The notes under the pieces: model-generated
Seen by the model: the letters and a program-made list of their open reading frames with translations, nothing else
The model's database searches: none
Told to the model about the DNA's origin: nothing
Position numbers and translations under genes: made by a program
Part shown: positions 39,431 to 49,402 of the stretch, piece after piece
Layout of the letters: each line of letters begins with the position of its first letter
How positions within the stretch are numbered: position 1 is the first letter of the stretch
Assembly: GCA_051251855.1 (NCBI GenBank)
Contig: JBPOGI010000004.1
Span: 160,001-224,000, forward strand
Origin: Roseibacillus sp.
Lineage (GTDB): Bacteria; Verrucomicrobiota; Verrucomicrobiia; Verrucomicrobiales; Akkermansiaceae
Direction of reading: 5' to 3'
Length of the DNA stretch: 64,000 nucleotides

Positions 39431-42082
39431 ATGTCCGAAGACGCCTCACCTTTCGAACTTCTTCCCGCTGAGGAAGTTGAAAACCTCTTGCCTTCCTATA
39501 GCCAAATTTCTTTTCTCGCAAAAGGAGGCATGGCAGCCGTTTACCGTGGGGTGCAAACATCCCTGGAGCGCCCCGTCGCCATCAAAATGCTCCCAGCGGA
39601 ATTCGGGGCAGACGAGTCCTTCCGGCTCCGCTTTGTGGCAGAAGGTAAAGCGATGGCTCGCCTCAACCATCCCAACCTAGTCGGCATCTTCGATTTCGGA
39701 CAAGTGGATAACCTTCTCTACCTCGTTATGGAATTCGTGGAAGGGCAGACCCTGCACGAACATGCCTACGGCTCACCCATGGACGAGCTCGAAGCAGTTG
39801 ACCTTTGTCAAAAAGTCGCCGATGGCCTCGCCCATGCCCACGAGCACGGCATTCTCCATCGCGACATCAAGCCAGCCAACGTGCTCCTTGATAAAAACCT
39901 CAACCCCAAGCTCGGTGACTTCGGACTCGCCGAAGGAGACGAACGCGAAGAAGGCGATGACCTCGTCTTTGGCACCCCCGGCTACACCTCGCCTGAGGTC
40001 ATGGCAAATCCCGCCGCTGCCGACGAAAAGGCTGATATTTTTGCCATTGGTATCATGCTCTACGAGCTCATTACTACCACCCTGCCGGCAGACCCTTACC
40101 AGCCGCCATCCCGCGTTGCTAATACCGATCCTCGCATCGACCCCATCATCGCGACCGCTATACAACCTGACCCCAATCACCGCTACGCCTCTGCCAGCGA
40201 ACTCGCGGCGAGCTTGAAAAGCCTTCACGAGAAAATGAAGGCCGCTCCTCGCAAAAAGTTAGCCACCAAAGGCTCTTCAGGCAGCGCGGCCCGAACTCTC
40301 AAGGTCGACGCCCCCGCGCCTCCCAAAGATTTTCCCAACCCTGGGTCTGTCTTGGCTACCGGTGATTCCAATGGAGGCTCCGCGGCCCCGCCCCGCAGCC
40401 CCGCTCCCGCCATGGCAGGAGCAGCGCCCTCGAATCTCCCTTTGATTCGAAATCTCATTATTATTGGAATGCTCTGCGCAGCCATCGCCGTGGCATGGGA
40501 TGCACTCAAAGGCAAACAGGCGCGAATCGACAAAGAGAATCAGGTTCAGATCGAAAAAGCAGATCGCGAGAAAGCCAGGAAAGCCAAACTTGAAGCCGCT
40601 CGCCTCGCCAAGATGCAAGGCGGAGGCTCGCCCACAAACTCCGGCCAAGGATCCGCGACTGGCAAGACCAAGCCTACCGAACCTCACGTTCCCGAAGTCG
40701 AAGCACCCATCCCGCTCAGCCCTCGCGAGCAACTCGACGAACTCCAGTCTGCCCTGCAAGCTGGAGAGCGAGATCGCTTCCCCGAAGGCTCCAAGCAAAG
40801 AGGCACTGCTCGCTACTTCTTCATCAACGACGCACTCACTTGGTATGAAGCCATCGAATTCGCAGAAAGCTACGGTGGACACTTGGCAATGGCCCCCAAA
40901 GACAGCGACCTCAGCTGGTTAGCGAAAGAAATCCCGACCGACGACGATATCTGGCTCGGTGCAGGCGCCATCTCCCGCAGTGATTGGGAGTGGCTCGACG
41001 ACAGCATCGAGTTTGAACATAAAAAGCCTCGCACCAGCACCGGCACTGCCGCCATGGTAACAAATACCGGCTTCATCAGAGCGCGTGAGCCCTCCCTCAA
41101 ATTGCCCTTCTTCATTCAGTGGAACGACAACGGCAAGCGACTCGGCAGCCGAGAAATAGACTTCTTACAACTGTCGGAGACCCTCACTACTTCCGCGCCG
41201 TCTTGGCCTCCTGGCGTCATCTCCTACGAAGAGCGCCGCTACCTCATTCTCGGACGCTCTTTGACTCAATCCGAAGCCGCTGCCATCGCCGCCAGTGCCG
41301 GAGGAGCCCTCGCTGTCCCCTCCAACGAACTTGAAGCCTCCTTCCTCATGGAAGCGGTCACCAAATCTGGTCTTTCCGCCCTCTGGCTGGGAGGAGAAAA
41401 GCGAGGCGATGCATGGGCTTGGAGCACTAACGAGCCCTGGGAATTCGCACGCTGGAATGATGGCTATCCTCTTCCTGCAGAAAAGGCCGTCGCCCTCCAA
41501 ACGGTCGGCAAGGGATGGATCAACACCGATCCGTATCAAGATGCGCCCGGCTTCATCATCGAGTGGTCCGACGACGCCAAAAACGCTCCCGAATCCGAAG
41601 TTGCTCAGAACGATGGCCTCGCCGCCCTGAATACTCTTCGCGCCAAGGCGAAACGGTTCCTTGCGACCGAACAAAAGAAAACGCTCAAGGTCACCAAAGA
41701 CAACTACTTAGCCCAAGGCATGGCCATGAGACAAATGTTGCGAAACATCGCCAAAGAAGACGCCAAGGTCATTGGAGCTCGTTACGAGAAGTATCTCGCA
41801 GCCTCTGCGGGAAGTCGTCTTCTCGACCCCGCCGACTCTCCCATTGCAGGAGCCAATGATGCCGTTAAAATTCTCACCCGTTACTTTGAGATTCAAAGCG
41901 AGGCTGAGGCGAAACTCGTGAGCACCGCAGCTAAGGTCAGAATCAGCTACCACAAGGAGATCGACGACCTGATCACGGATGCAAAAGCCAAAGGACTCGC
42001 GTCCCAAGTCTCTCCCATGGAAAAAGAAAAAGTCGCTACTGGCACCTCAGGCGCGAGCTTCCTCCGACATTTGGGGCTCTAA
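39431..42082 (+). CDS. Transmembrane Ser/Thr protein kinase with two C-type-lectin-like domains
   Basis: Hanks motifs GGMAAVY, VAIK, HRDIKPAN, DFGLA and GTPGYTSPE. One TM helix, then two CTL-like modules (TWYEAIEFAESYGGHLA...IWLGA; GGALA...LWLGG...WAWSTNEPWEFARW). Confidence 0.88.
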   Translation: MSEDASPFELLPAEEVENLLPSYSQISFLAKGGMAAVYRGVQTSLERPVAIKMLPAEFGADESFRLRFVAEGKAMARLNHPNLVGIFDFGQVDNLLYLVMEFVEGQTLHEHAYGSPMDELEAVDLCQKVADGLAHAHEHGILHRDIKPANVLLDKNLNPKLGDFGLAEGDEREEGDDLVFGTPGYTSPEVMANPAAADEKADIFAIGIMLYELITTTLPADPYQPPSRVANTDPRIDPIIATAIQPDPNHRYASASELAASLKSLHEKMKAAPRKKLATKGSSGSAARTLKVDAPAPPKDFPNPGSVLATGDSNGGSAAPPRSPAPAMAGAAPSNLPLIRNLIIIGMLCAAIAVAWDALKGKQARIDKENQVQIEKADREKARKAKLEAARLAKMQGGGSPTNSGQGSATGKTKPTEPHVPEVEAPIPLSPREQLDELQSALQAGERDRFPEGSKQRGTARYFFINDALTWYEAIEFAESYGGHLAMAPKDSDLSWLAKEIPTDDDIWLGAGAISRSDWEWLDDSIEFEHKKPRTSTGTAAMVTNTGFIRAREPSLKLPFFIQWNDNGKRLGSREIDFLQLSETLTTSAPSWPPGVISYEERRYLILGRSLTQSEAAAIAASAGGALAVPSNELEASFLMEAVTKSGLSALWLGGEKRGDAWAWSTNEPWEFARWNDGYPLPAEKAVALQTVGKGWINTDPYQDAPGFIIEWSDDAKNAPESEVAQNDGLAALNTLRAKAKRFLATEQKKTLKVTKDNYLAQGMAMRQMLRNIAKEDAKVIGARYEKYLAASAGSRLLDPADSPIAGANDAVKILTRYFEIQSEAEAKLVSTAAKVRISYHKEIDDLITDAKAKGLASQVSPMEKEKVATGTSGASFLRHLGL

Positions 42083-42103
42083 CATTCCATCCTCTTTCAA
42101 GCG

Positions 42104-42598
42104 CTACTTCCAAGCCGGCAGCCTCCGAGCTTGGAATTTTTCTTTATCGCGCACCTTTCTGGTCCAGCGAGGGCCATCTGCTTCGGTTTGACCTTGGGTA
42201 TCAAAGCGCACCCCAGCCACGGTCACAAAGACGTGTCCTTTCCGAACCCAGACAGTCAAATAGCGCCCCTTTCCTTTTTCTCCAAACTCAAAAAAACCAC
42301 CCGACGAACGCACACCCTTCATCGCTCCAATCTCTCGAAGGAAGAAACTCGCCGCCCCCGAACAATCGTAACCTGTATCTTCGAACTGGGCGTGTCCTCC
42401 TCCATACTTGTAGGGCTTTCCTATCAGCTTATTTCCAGCCGCCACCGCTTTCTTCACAATCTTCGGAGCTTCCGCCGAAGCCACTGCTCGGCCATCCTTG
42501 CCCAAAGTCACCAAAGGTGTCGCCACCTCCGCTTGCACTAAAGTAGCCCAGCTCCATAGGAAAAAACCAACGATTGCAAATCGAATCATAATAGCCAT
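42104..42598 (-). CDS. NlpC/P60-like peptidoglycan endopeptidase
   Basis: Signal peptide, GKPYKYGGGH, GYDCSGAAS and GHVF motifs. Confidence 0.85.
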   Translation of the reverse strand: MAIMIRFAIVGFFLWSWATLVQAEVATPLVTLGKDGRAVASAEAPKIVKKAVAAGNKLIGKPYKYGGGHAQFEDTGYDCSGAASFFLREIGAMKGVRSSGGFFEFGEKGKGRYLTVWVRKGHVFVTVAGVRFDTQGQTEADGPRWTRKVRDKEKFQARRLPAWK

Positions 42599-42641
42599 GA
42601 CTCTGCAACGAGCTCAGCTCGAATTCCATTCACCCCGAATT

Positions 42642-43313
42642 TCATCGACGCCTCCGAAGAGCGAAGCAAAGCGCCAGCCCACTCAACAAAGCCACCGATG
42701 GCTCGGGCACAACCTTAATTGAAAAAGGAGTGTGTGTTCCGGGAAAAGTCGCAGTCCCCTGATCCTCAAATCTCTCGGTAGGAGTGAAAAAATCAATTTC
42801 CTCAAAACCTGTCACCGCATAGGTCCCCGGAGTTGCATCGAGAGGAACGGTCCAATCAATTTGGAAAACCCAATCCGCATCCCAAGTAGTCACCCCTGCC
42901 TCTGGACGGTCGAGAATATCATCCGCGCGCAAAATTCCAAAGTCTCCCGAAGAAGTTGATGGAATGAACTCATTGTCTGCGTCGGCGGCATCGACCATGA
43001 AACCAGAAACGGCACCATTCGTACTGGCTAAAGGAACAATGAACGAGCCATCAGCATTCGCTCCCTCAAAAGTGATTGTGGAAATCCCCAAGTCGATTGA
43101 ATAGTCAACAACACCCAATCCAACACCAAGATTACCCCCTGCTGCCCAGCGAGTTACAACCTCGAATGAGAATGTGTCTCCTGGAGACATACACGTATTT
43201 GTAAGCGGAAGAATATCAATATTCCATTCCACTCCTTCGAGCGACGAGGGAGATTGCGCCATCAGAGCTGAAGCGGAACAAATGTTGAGAAAGAATAGGG
43301 GATACTTCGCCAT
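42642..43313 (-). CDS. PEP-CTERM sorting domain protein
   Basis: Signal peptide and C-terminal VPEPSVALLSGLALCFALRRRR. Confidence 0.88.
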   Translation of the reverse strand: MAKYPLFFLNICSASALMAQSPSSLEGVEWNIDILPLTNTCMSPGDTFSFEVVTRWAAGGNLGVGLGVVDYSIDLGISTITFEGANADGSFIVPLASTNGAVSGFMVDAADADNEFIPSTSSGDFGILRADDILDRPEAGVTTWDADWVFQIDWTVPLDATPGTYAVTGFEEIDFFTPTERFEDQGTATFPGTHTPFSIKVVPEPSVALLSGLALCFALRRRR

Positions 43314-43371
43314 GCCAAACATTAGCATTTTTCGAACCATCTAACAATCATTAAAAACTTCGAAATCCATA

Positions 43372-43977
43372 TTAGTTAAGATACTTAATAACAAGCCGTA
43401 ACGCTCGGCCGCGGTGACTCATCCCGTTCTTAATCTCTGCACCCAGCTCCGCAAAAGTCTCTTCGTAACCCTCGGGGATGAAATACGGGTCATAGCCAAA
43501 GCCCCCCTCTCCCCGCGGCTTTTCCACCAATCGACCCTCCACCGAGCCAGCAAACTCTCCCAACGACTCTCCCCCCTTCGCCAGCACCATCACACAACGA
43601 AACCGCCCCGTGCGCTTCTCCTCGGGAACACTGGGCAACTCGCGTTCGAGCCGAGCATTATTCTTCAAATGATTCCCTTCCTCCCCGCCATAACTTGACG
43701 ACCAAACCCCCGGCTCTCCATTCAAGCCATCCACTTCCAAACCCGAGTCGTCAGCGAGCACCAGCCCTTCAACCTCTCTACTAATACCCACCGCCTTCAA
43801 GCTCGCGTTCTCCGAAAAAGTCGTCCCCGTCTCCTCAATCTCAGGCAAAGACACCCCCTCCGCTTCCAGCTCAGTAACATCAATCACCTCGTAAATACCT
43901 TGCAGCATCTCCCGAATCTCAATCGTCTTTTTCTTATTCCGCGTTGCCACAATCAATCGTTCCAAGGGAGCTGCCAT
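43372..43977 (-). CDS. rdgB: Non-canonical purine NTP pyrophosphatase (RdgB/HAM1)
   Basis: ATRNKKK, EETGTTFSENA, ADDSGLEV, GFGYDP and KNGMSHRG motifs. Confidence 0.93.
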   Translation of the reverse strand: MAAPLERLIVATRNKKKTIEIREMLQGIYEVIDVTELEAEGVSLPEIEETGTTFSENASLKAVGISREVEGLVLADDSGLEVDGLNGEPGVWSSSYGGEEGNHLKNNARLERELPSVPEEKRTGRFRCVMVLAKGGESLGEFAGSVEGRLVEKPRGEGGFGYDPYFIPEGYEETFAELGAEIKNGMSHRGRALRLVIKYLN

Positions 43978-44043
43978 CCCCCTTCTCAACAAAAGATTCT
44001 TTTTTTGTGAAATAAATTCCGCGTCTCCTGCATCCTACGAGGG

Positions 44044-44472
44044 ATGAAAGCAATCCTAACGACCCTCGCTCTATTCCTCACCGCTACTTTCGCCACTGCG
44101 GCCAATGAAGACTGGAGCACCGACCTCAAAGCAGCCTTCGCCAAGGCGAAAAAAGAAAACAAACATGTCCTCGTGGAGTTCACTGGCTCCGACTGGTGCC
44201 CACCCTGCAAAATGATGCGCAAGAATGTCTTCTCTAAGAAGAGCTTCACCAGCAAGGCCTCCGAAGACTTTATTCTCGTCGAACTCGACTATCCACGCGG
44301 CGACAAAGCCCTCGCCAAAAAGAACGAGCCCTATGCGGAGAAATACAAAATCGAAGGCTTTCCTACCGTCATTCTCTTCAATCCCAAGGGAAAAGAATAC
44401 AACCGCTTCTACGCTTCCGAGCATCCCTCGATTGACAAATTCCTCGCCCACTTGAAGAAAGTCAAAAAGTAG
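44044..44472 (+). CDS. Secreted thioredoxin family protein
   Basis: Signal peptide, FTGSDWCPPC and GFPT motifs. Confidence 0.9.
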   Translation: MKAILTTLALFLTATFATAANEDWSTDLKAAFAKAKKENKHVLVEFTGSDWCPPCKMMRKNVFSKKSFTSKASEDFILVELDYPRGDKALAKKNEPYAEKYKIEGFPTVILFNPKGKEYNRFYASEHPSIDKFLAHLKKVKK

Positions 44473-44513
44473 CCCCCCTTCTTGGTAATTTCCCCCCGAA
44501 AGGACCAAATTGA

Positions 44514-44558
44514 GAAAACCCCGTCCGAGCGCTGCTGCTTGGCGGGGTTTTCCTTTTT
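44514..44558 (+). terminator. Putative terminator hairpin
   Basis: GAAAACCCCG...CGGGGTTTTC followed by CTTTTT. Confidence 0.65.
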
Positions 44559-44640
44559 AAGCTTCCGGACTCGCGTTCTTGCAAAAGGAACTAAAATCCC
44601 TTGAATAAAAGACGGCCTCCCCAAGGTCATAGTATCAGTT

Positions 44641-45786
44641 ATGAAGAAGTTTCTCCCTCTCTTGCTCGCCCTCGTCGCGCTTCCTTTCCTTCAGTCCTGC
44701 GTCGGACCCGGCTATTATGGCTCCAGCTACGGCTCTGCCACCAATTACGGCGCCAGCGTCGGTATCATCTCCACTTCTCATTCACGTTGGGGATATGACC
44801 CCTATCGCCGCTCCTACTACGACTACTCTCTCGGGCAATACTACAACCTTAACGGCGGTCGCTACTACACCAGCCTCCCTACCCGCTACAATAGCCCCTA
44901 TTATCCCAGCTACTACACGCGTGGTTCCTCTTTGCGCTGTCCCACCAATCTCCCCTACCTGAACACCAGTTTCAGCCGTCCATCGGTCACCTTCGCCAGC
45001 ACCGGCAACTCCCGCTGGGCCTATGATCCCTATCGTCGTTCCTACTACGACAAACAAAGTAAGCGCTACTACAACACTTCCAGTGGCAGTTACTACAACT
45101 CGCTTCCCAAGCGCCATTCATCCCCCTCTTACCCCAGCGGACATCGCTCCGGACAACAGGTCCAGCTGCACAACCGCCTCCCCTACGTCAGCCATCAGAG
45201 CAGCTCTCAGCGCACACGTAGCAGTAGCTCCAGCAGCCGCAATCAACGCCACAGCTATCCCTCTAGCAACCAGCGCTCCGTTTTCCCAAGTCGAAACAGT
45301 CGTAGCACTCAGCGTCCGACCATTAACAGTTCCAGTTACCGCACTCGCTCATCAAGCAGCAGACCATCTTCCAGCTCACAGCGAAGCCGCCCTTCTAGTT
45401 CCCCGAGCCGGACCACAACCCGCACTCAGGTCATCCCGCAGAATCAACCAACGCGCACTCAACCAACGCGCACTCAACCAACGCGCACTCAGCAAACACG
45501 TACTCAGCAAACGCGCACCCAACCTTCCCGCTCCTCCTCTGAACGCGCCCAGCAAGCCCTTCGCCAAAGGAACGAACAGGCCGCCAGAGCAAGCGAAGCC
45601 GCAAGAACGCGCGAAAGCTCATCTCGAAGCAACCGCGGTAGCTCAATCGCACCCACCTCGCGAGGAAGCAATCGTAGCGGAAATTCAACCTCCACCCAAA
45701 GACAACCCAGCCCTCGGTCTTCCAGCAATGGAAGTGGGCGCGGCTCCAGAGGCAGCTCAAGTGAGTCTGGTCGCGGAATCTACTAA
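44641..45786 (+). CDS. Lipoprotein with a duplicated Tyr-rich module and a Ser/Arg-rich disordered tail
   Basis: Lipobox-like LQSC, two copies of RW(G/A)YDPYRRSYYD...LP and QPTRT repeats. Confidence 0.75.
   Translation: MKKFLPLLLALVALPFLQSCVGPGYYGSSYGSATNYGASVGIISTSHSRWGYDPYRRSYYDYSLGQYYNLNGGRYYTSLPTRYNSPYYPSYYTRGSSLRCPTNLPYLNTSFSRPSVTFASTGNSRWAYDPYRRSYYDKQSKRYYNTSSGSYYNSLPKRHSSPSYPSGHRSGQQVQLHNRLPYVSHQSSSQRTRSSSSSSRNQRHSYPSSNQRSVFPSRNSRSTQRPTINSSSYRTRSSSSRPSSSSQRSRPSSSPSRTTTRTQVIPQNQPTRTQPTRTQPTRTQQTRTQQTRTQPSRSSSERAQQALRQRNEQAARASEAARTRESSSRSNRGSSIAPTSRGSNRSGNSTSTQRQPSPRSSSNGSGRGSRGSSSESGRGIY
45445..45519 (+). repeat. Intragenic 15 bp tandem repeat (x5)
   Basis: CAACCAACGCGCACT x3 perfect plus two variants, encoding Q(P/Q)TRT. 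Confidence 0.9.
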
Positions 45787-45806
45787 GATCGTCTCTCCCT
45801 TTCCCC

Positions 45807-45842
45807 AAAAGCCGCTCGTCTTGATCGACCAGCGGCTTTTTT
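45807..45842 (+). terminator. Rho-independent terminator
   Basis: AAAAGCCGCT...AGCGGCTTTTTT. Confidence 0.75.
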
Positions 45843-45906
45843 GTCCGAAAAAACGACCTCATAAGTCTGGACTCTGCAATCTGGATTCAAGAGTCTCCCC
45901 CGCATT

Positions 45907-48465
45907 ATGTCCGACGAACGCTCCAAACCCTTTCCCTTCCACGAATTCGAACCCCGCTGGCAAAAGCGCTGGGCCGACGAAAAGACCTACCGCACCGCCG
46001 GACCTGGCGAAGACGGCTTCGACGCCTCCAAGCCCAAATACTTCGTCCTCGACATGTTCCCCTATCCCAGCGGCGCCGGCCTCCATGTCGGACACCCCGA
46101 GGGCTACACCGCCACCGACATCATCGGTCGCTACAAGCGCATGAACGGCTTCAACGTCCTCCACCCCATGGGTTGGGACGCCTTTGGCCTCCCCGCCGAA
46201 CAATACGCCATCAAAACCGGCCAACACCCCCGCGTCACCACCGAGGCCAACATCGACAACTTCCGCCGCCAGCTCCAGTCCCTCGGCTTCGCCTACGACT
46301 GGGATCGCGAGGTCAACACCACCGACCCTGGCTACGTCAAGTGGACGCAATGGATCTTCCTCCAGCTCTACAAATCCTACTTCTGCGAAAAAACGCAAAA
46401 AGCCCAGCCTGTTTCTCAACTCGAGGATAAAGGCTGGTCCCCCGAACAAATCGACGAAGTCCGCCTCGCCTTCATTCACGAAGCCCCCGTCAACTGGTCT
46501 CCCAGCATGGGCACCGTCCTCGCCAACGAGGAAATCGAAGAATGGAAAGCAAAGGGCGAAACTGTGGAACGTCGACCACTTCGACAATGGATGCTGCGTA
46601 TCACCAAATACTCCCAACGCCTCATCGACGAACTCGAGCCCCTCGACTGGCCCGACTCCATTAAAGCCCTGCAACGCAACTGGATCGGCCGCAGCGAAGG
46701 AGCCGAGGTGGACTTCAAAGTTCTCATCATCGATGAAGAGAAGTCCAAGGACGACGAGTCTCGCCACCTTAAGGAAGGCGACGATAGAATCACTGTCTTC
46801 ACCACCCGACCCGACACCCTCTTCGGAGCTACCTACATGGTCCTCGCTCCCGAGCACCCCCTCGTCGCCGAAATCACCACCCCCGAACAATCCGACGCAG
46901 TCAAATCCTACCAAGACACCTGCGCCAACAAATCCGACCTCGAGCGCGGCGACCTCAACAAGGACAAAAGCGGCGTCTTCACCGGAGCCCACGCCATCAA
47001 CCCCGTCAACCAAGAGCCCATCCCGATCTGGATCGCAGACTACGTCATGATGGGCTACGGCACCGGTGCCATCATGGCTGTTCCCGCCCACGACGAACGC
47101 GACTTCGAGTTCGCCAAAAAGTTCGAACTCCCCATCACCCAAGTGGTGCAACCCAAAGGCGACGACGACTGGCAAGGTTTCACCGGAAACGGGACCTCCA
47201 TTAACTCCGGTTTCCTCGACGGCCTCGCTACCCCTGAAGCCAAAGCAAAAATCATCGACTGGCTCGAAAGCGAAGGCAAAGGCACCCGCAAAATCCAATT
47301 CAAACTGCGCGACTGGCTCTTCTCCCGCCAGCGTTACTGGGGCGAGCCCTTCCCTCTCCTTTGGGACAAAGAGACCGGCGAACACTCCCCACTCCCCGAA
47401 AGCGAACTCCCCCTTCTCCAACCCGAGATGGAAGACTTCAAGCCCACCGGCGACCCCCGTGGCCCCCTCCTGAATTGCACCGACTGGATCAACTACAGCG
47501 ACACCCTCCGTCGCGAGACCAATACCATGCCCCAGTGGGCCGGCTCTTGTTGGTATTACCTCCGCTATTGCGACCCAGGTAACGAACAAGCCTTCATATC
47601 CAAAGAAGCGGAAGACTACTGGTCCGGCGACAACGCCCACGTTGACCTCTACATCGGCGGCACCGAACATGCCGTCCTGCACCTTCTCTACGCCCGCTTC
47701 TGGCACAAGGTCCTCAACGACCTCGGCCACCTGAGCACCAACGAGCCCTTCAAAAAGCTCGTCAACCAAGGCCTCATCATGGGTGAGGACGGACAAAAAA
47801 TGTCCAAGTCCCTCGGCAACGTCGTCAACCCCGATGAAGTCGTCGAAAAATACGGCGCGGACTCCCTCCGCCTCTACGAAATGTTCATGGGCCCCCTCGA
47901 GCAGGTCAAACCCTGGTCCATGAAAGGCGTCGAAGGCGTCTCCCGCTTCCTTGCTAAAGTTTGGCGTCTCCAAGACAAGGTTAGTGCCGAATCCAAAGGC
48001 GGCGACCTCGCCAAGATCACCCACCACACCATCAAGAAAGTCGGCGAAGACATCGAGGCCCTCAAATTCAACACCGCCATCTCCACCATGATGGAATGCG
48101 TGAACGCCTACACCTCCGCCAAAGAGATTCCCCAAGACCTCTTCCTCGACTTCTTGAAAGTCCTCAATCCCTTCGCGCCCCACCTCACCGAAGAATTGAA
48201 CTCCAAACTCGGCGGAACCGAACTTCTCAGCGAACAACCGTGGCCCGCCTTCGACGAATCCCTCCTCGTCGAATCCGAAATCACCATCATCGTGCAAGTC
48301 AACGGCAAGCTCCGCGCCAAACTCCAAGTCCCCGCCGACTCCGACAAAGCCACCCTCGAAGACCTCGCCAAGGGAGAGCCTAACGTGCAACAACACACCG
48401 AAGGCAAAACCATCCGCAAAGTCATCGTCGTTCCCGGCAAGTTGGTTAACATAGTCGCCAACTAA
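45907..48465 (+). CDS. leuS: Leucine--tRNA ligase
   Basis: [62 protein letters not shown] and VQVNGKLR motifs. Confidence 0.98.
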   Translation: MSDERSKPFPFHEFEPRWQKRWADEKTYRTAGPGEDGFDASKPKYFVLDMFPYPSGAGLHVGHPEGYTATDIIGRYKRMNGFNVLHPMGWDAFGLPAEQYAIKTGQHPRVTTEANIDNFRRQLQSLGFAYDWDREVNTTDPGYVKWTQWIFLQLYKSYFCEKTQKAQPVSQLEDKGWSPEQIDEVRLAFIHEAPVNWSPSMGTVLANEEIEEWKAKGETVERRPLRQWMLRITKYSQRLIDELEPLDWPDSIKALQRNWIGRSEGAEVDFKVLIIDEEKSKDDESRHLKEGDDRITVFTTRPDTLFGATYMVLAPEHPLVAEITTPEQSDAVKSYQDTCANKSDLERGDLNKDKSGVFTGAHAINPVNQEPIPIWIADYVMMGYGTGAIMAVPAHDERDFEFAKKFELPITQVVQPKGDDDWQGFTGNGTSINSGFLDGLATPEAKAKIIDWLESEGKGTRKIQFKLRDWLFSRQRYWGEPFPLLWDKETGEHSPLPESELPLLQPEMEDFKPTGDPRGPLLNCTDWINYSDTLRRETNTMPQWAGSCWYYLRYCDPGNEQAFISKEAEDYWSGDNAHVDLYIGGTEHAVLHLLYARFWHKVLNDLGHLSTNEPFKKLVNQGLIMGEDGQKMSKSLGNVVNPDEVVEKYGADSLRLYEMFMGPLEQVKPWSMKGVEGVSRFLAKVWRLQDKVSAESKGGDLAKITHHTIKKVGEDIEALKFNTAISTMMECVNAYTSAKEIPQDLFLDFLKVLNPFAPHLTEELNSKLGGTELLSEQPWPAFDESLLVESEITIIVQVNGKLRAKLQVPADSDKATLEDLAKGEPNVQQHTEGKTIRKVIVVPGKLVNIVAN

Positions 48466-48475
48466 GGCTGGCTTG

Positions 48476-49234
48476 ATGAAGAGGGTTTTACTTGCCAGCT
48501 TACTCGTCGGAGCTTTTCTCACGGCCAAGATTACCGCTGGAGACTGGTCCCCTTCTCCGGTGACTCAATGGCTAGTACAAACTCCCAAGCCAATTACGCC
48601 CAAGGTTCAGGAAGACGATTTTTCCTGCGGCTTCTTGGCCCTCTCATCGATTTACCAAAGCTACGGTCTAGATGCCGAACAAGCCCGTCTTCGCGAGAGA
48701 CTGGGAACCAACATCCCAGCCATCCCTTTTATTAAGTCTTCTAACGGGACCCTCCAACCCGACCTCTTTCGAGTTCTCAAGCAAGACGGATTTAGAGTAG
48801 AAACACTAAATCCGAAAAACCCTATGGAGATCCAGTTGCTCAAAGATCACCTTCAGGGGCCACACTACGCTCTCGCCTTAGTCAGCACTGCGCGGGCCGG
48901 AGGCCTTCACTGGATCGTCTTTACTGATTTCGACGATACTAGCGGAGCGGTCACTATTGCAGACTCCCTTCAGAGCAATCTACAAGAGCAACCGCTTTCT
49001 GAGCTTGTCGATACTACTTTGATCAGAGCACTCCTTCTACAGCCAGGCAGCCCTGATCCCAACGGTTCCTATGGTGCAGCCCACTGGATCGGAACCCAAG
49101 AAATGCTCTTCACTCTCACAACGACCCAAAAAATTCTAATCTCGGTTATCCTTCTAGCTCTTTTGGCAGCCTCCGTCTTCATCGTCTTGCGCCTAGCGAA
49201 GTTCATTGCCAACCTCAGAAGAAAAAGGGGCTAG
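48476..49234 (+). CDS. Putative C39-like (papain-fold) peptidase with N-terminal signal and C-terminal TM anchor
   Basis: QEDDFSCG...LHWIV...IADS (Q, C, H, D arrangement) and a hydrophobic C-terminal helix followed by a basic tail. Confidence 0.6.
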   Translation: MKRVLLASLLVGAFLTAKITAGDWSPSPVTQWLVQTPKPITPKVQEDDFSCGFLALSSIYQSYGLDAEQARLRERLGTNIPAIPFIKSSNGTLQPDLFRVLKQDGFRVETLNPKNPMEIQLLKDHLQGPHYALALVSTARAGGLHWIVFTDFDDTSGAVTIADSLQSNLQEQPLSELVDTTLIRALLLQPGSPDPNGSYGAAHWIGTQEMLFTLTTTQKILISVILLALLAASVFIVLRLAKFIANLRRKRG

Positions 49235-49402
49235 TCCGGCCCGATTTCTACTCCAAATCGTCCCCAACAACCTGAGAATCAGGTCCGCAAGCTCCAGTTA
49301 AACCACACGTTAAACTCTCTTTCTTCAGGCATCTAAGAGAAACAGAAAGGTAAATTGGCAAACTTACGGATTTGCGGACGTATCCTTGATACGCCGTCAC
49401 CC

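Noticed and set aside
45445..45519. Direct repeats considered as a CRISPR array
   Set aside because: 15 bp tandem units with no spacers, in frame inside a CDS. No CRISPR array or cas gene was seen anywhere in the window.
45859..48528. 889 aa minus-strand ORF
   Set aside because: Antisense shadow of leuS caused by strongly biased codon usage; no recognisable motifs.
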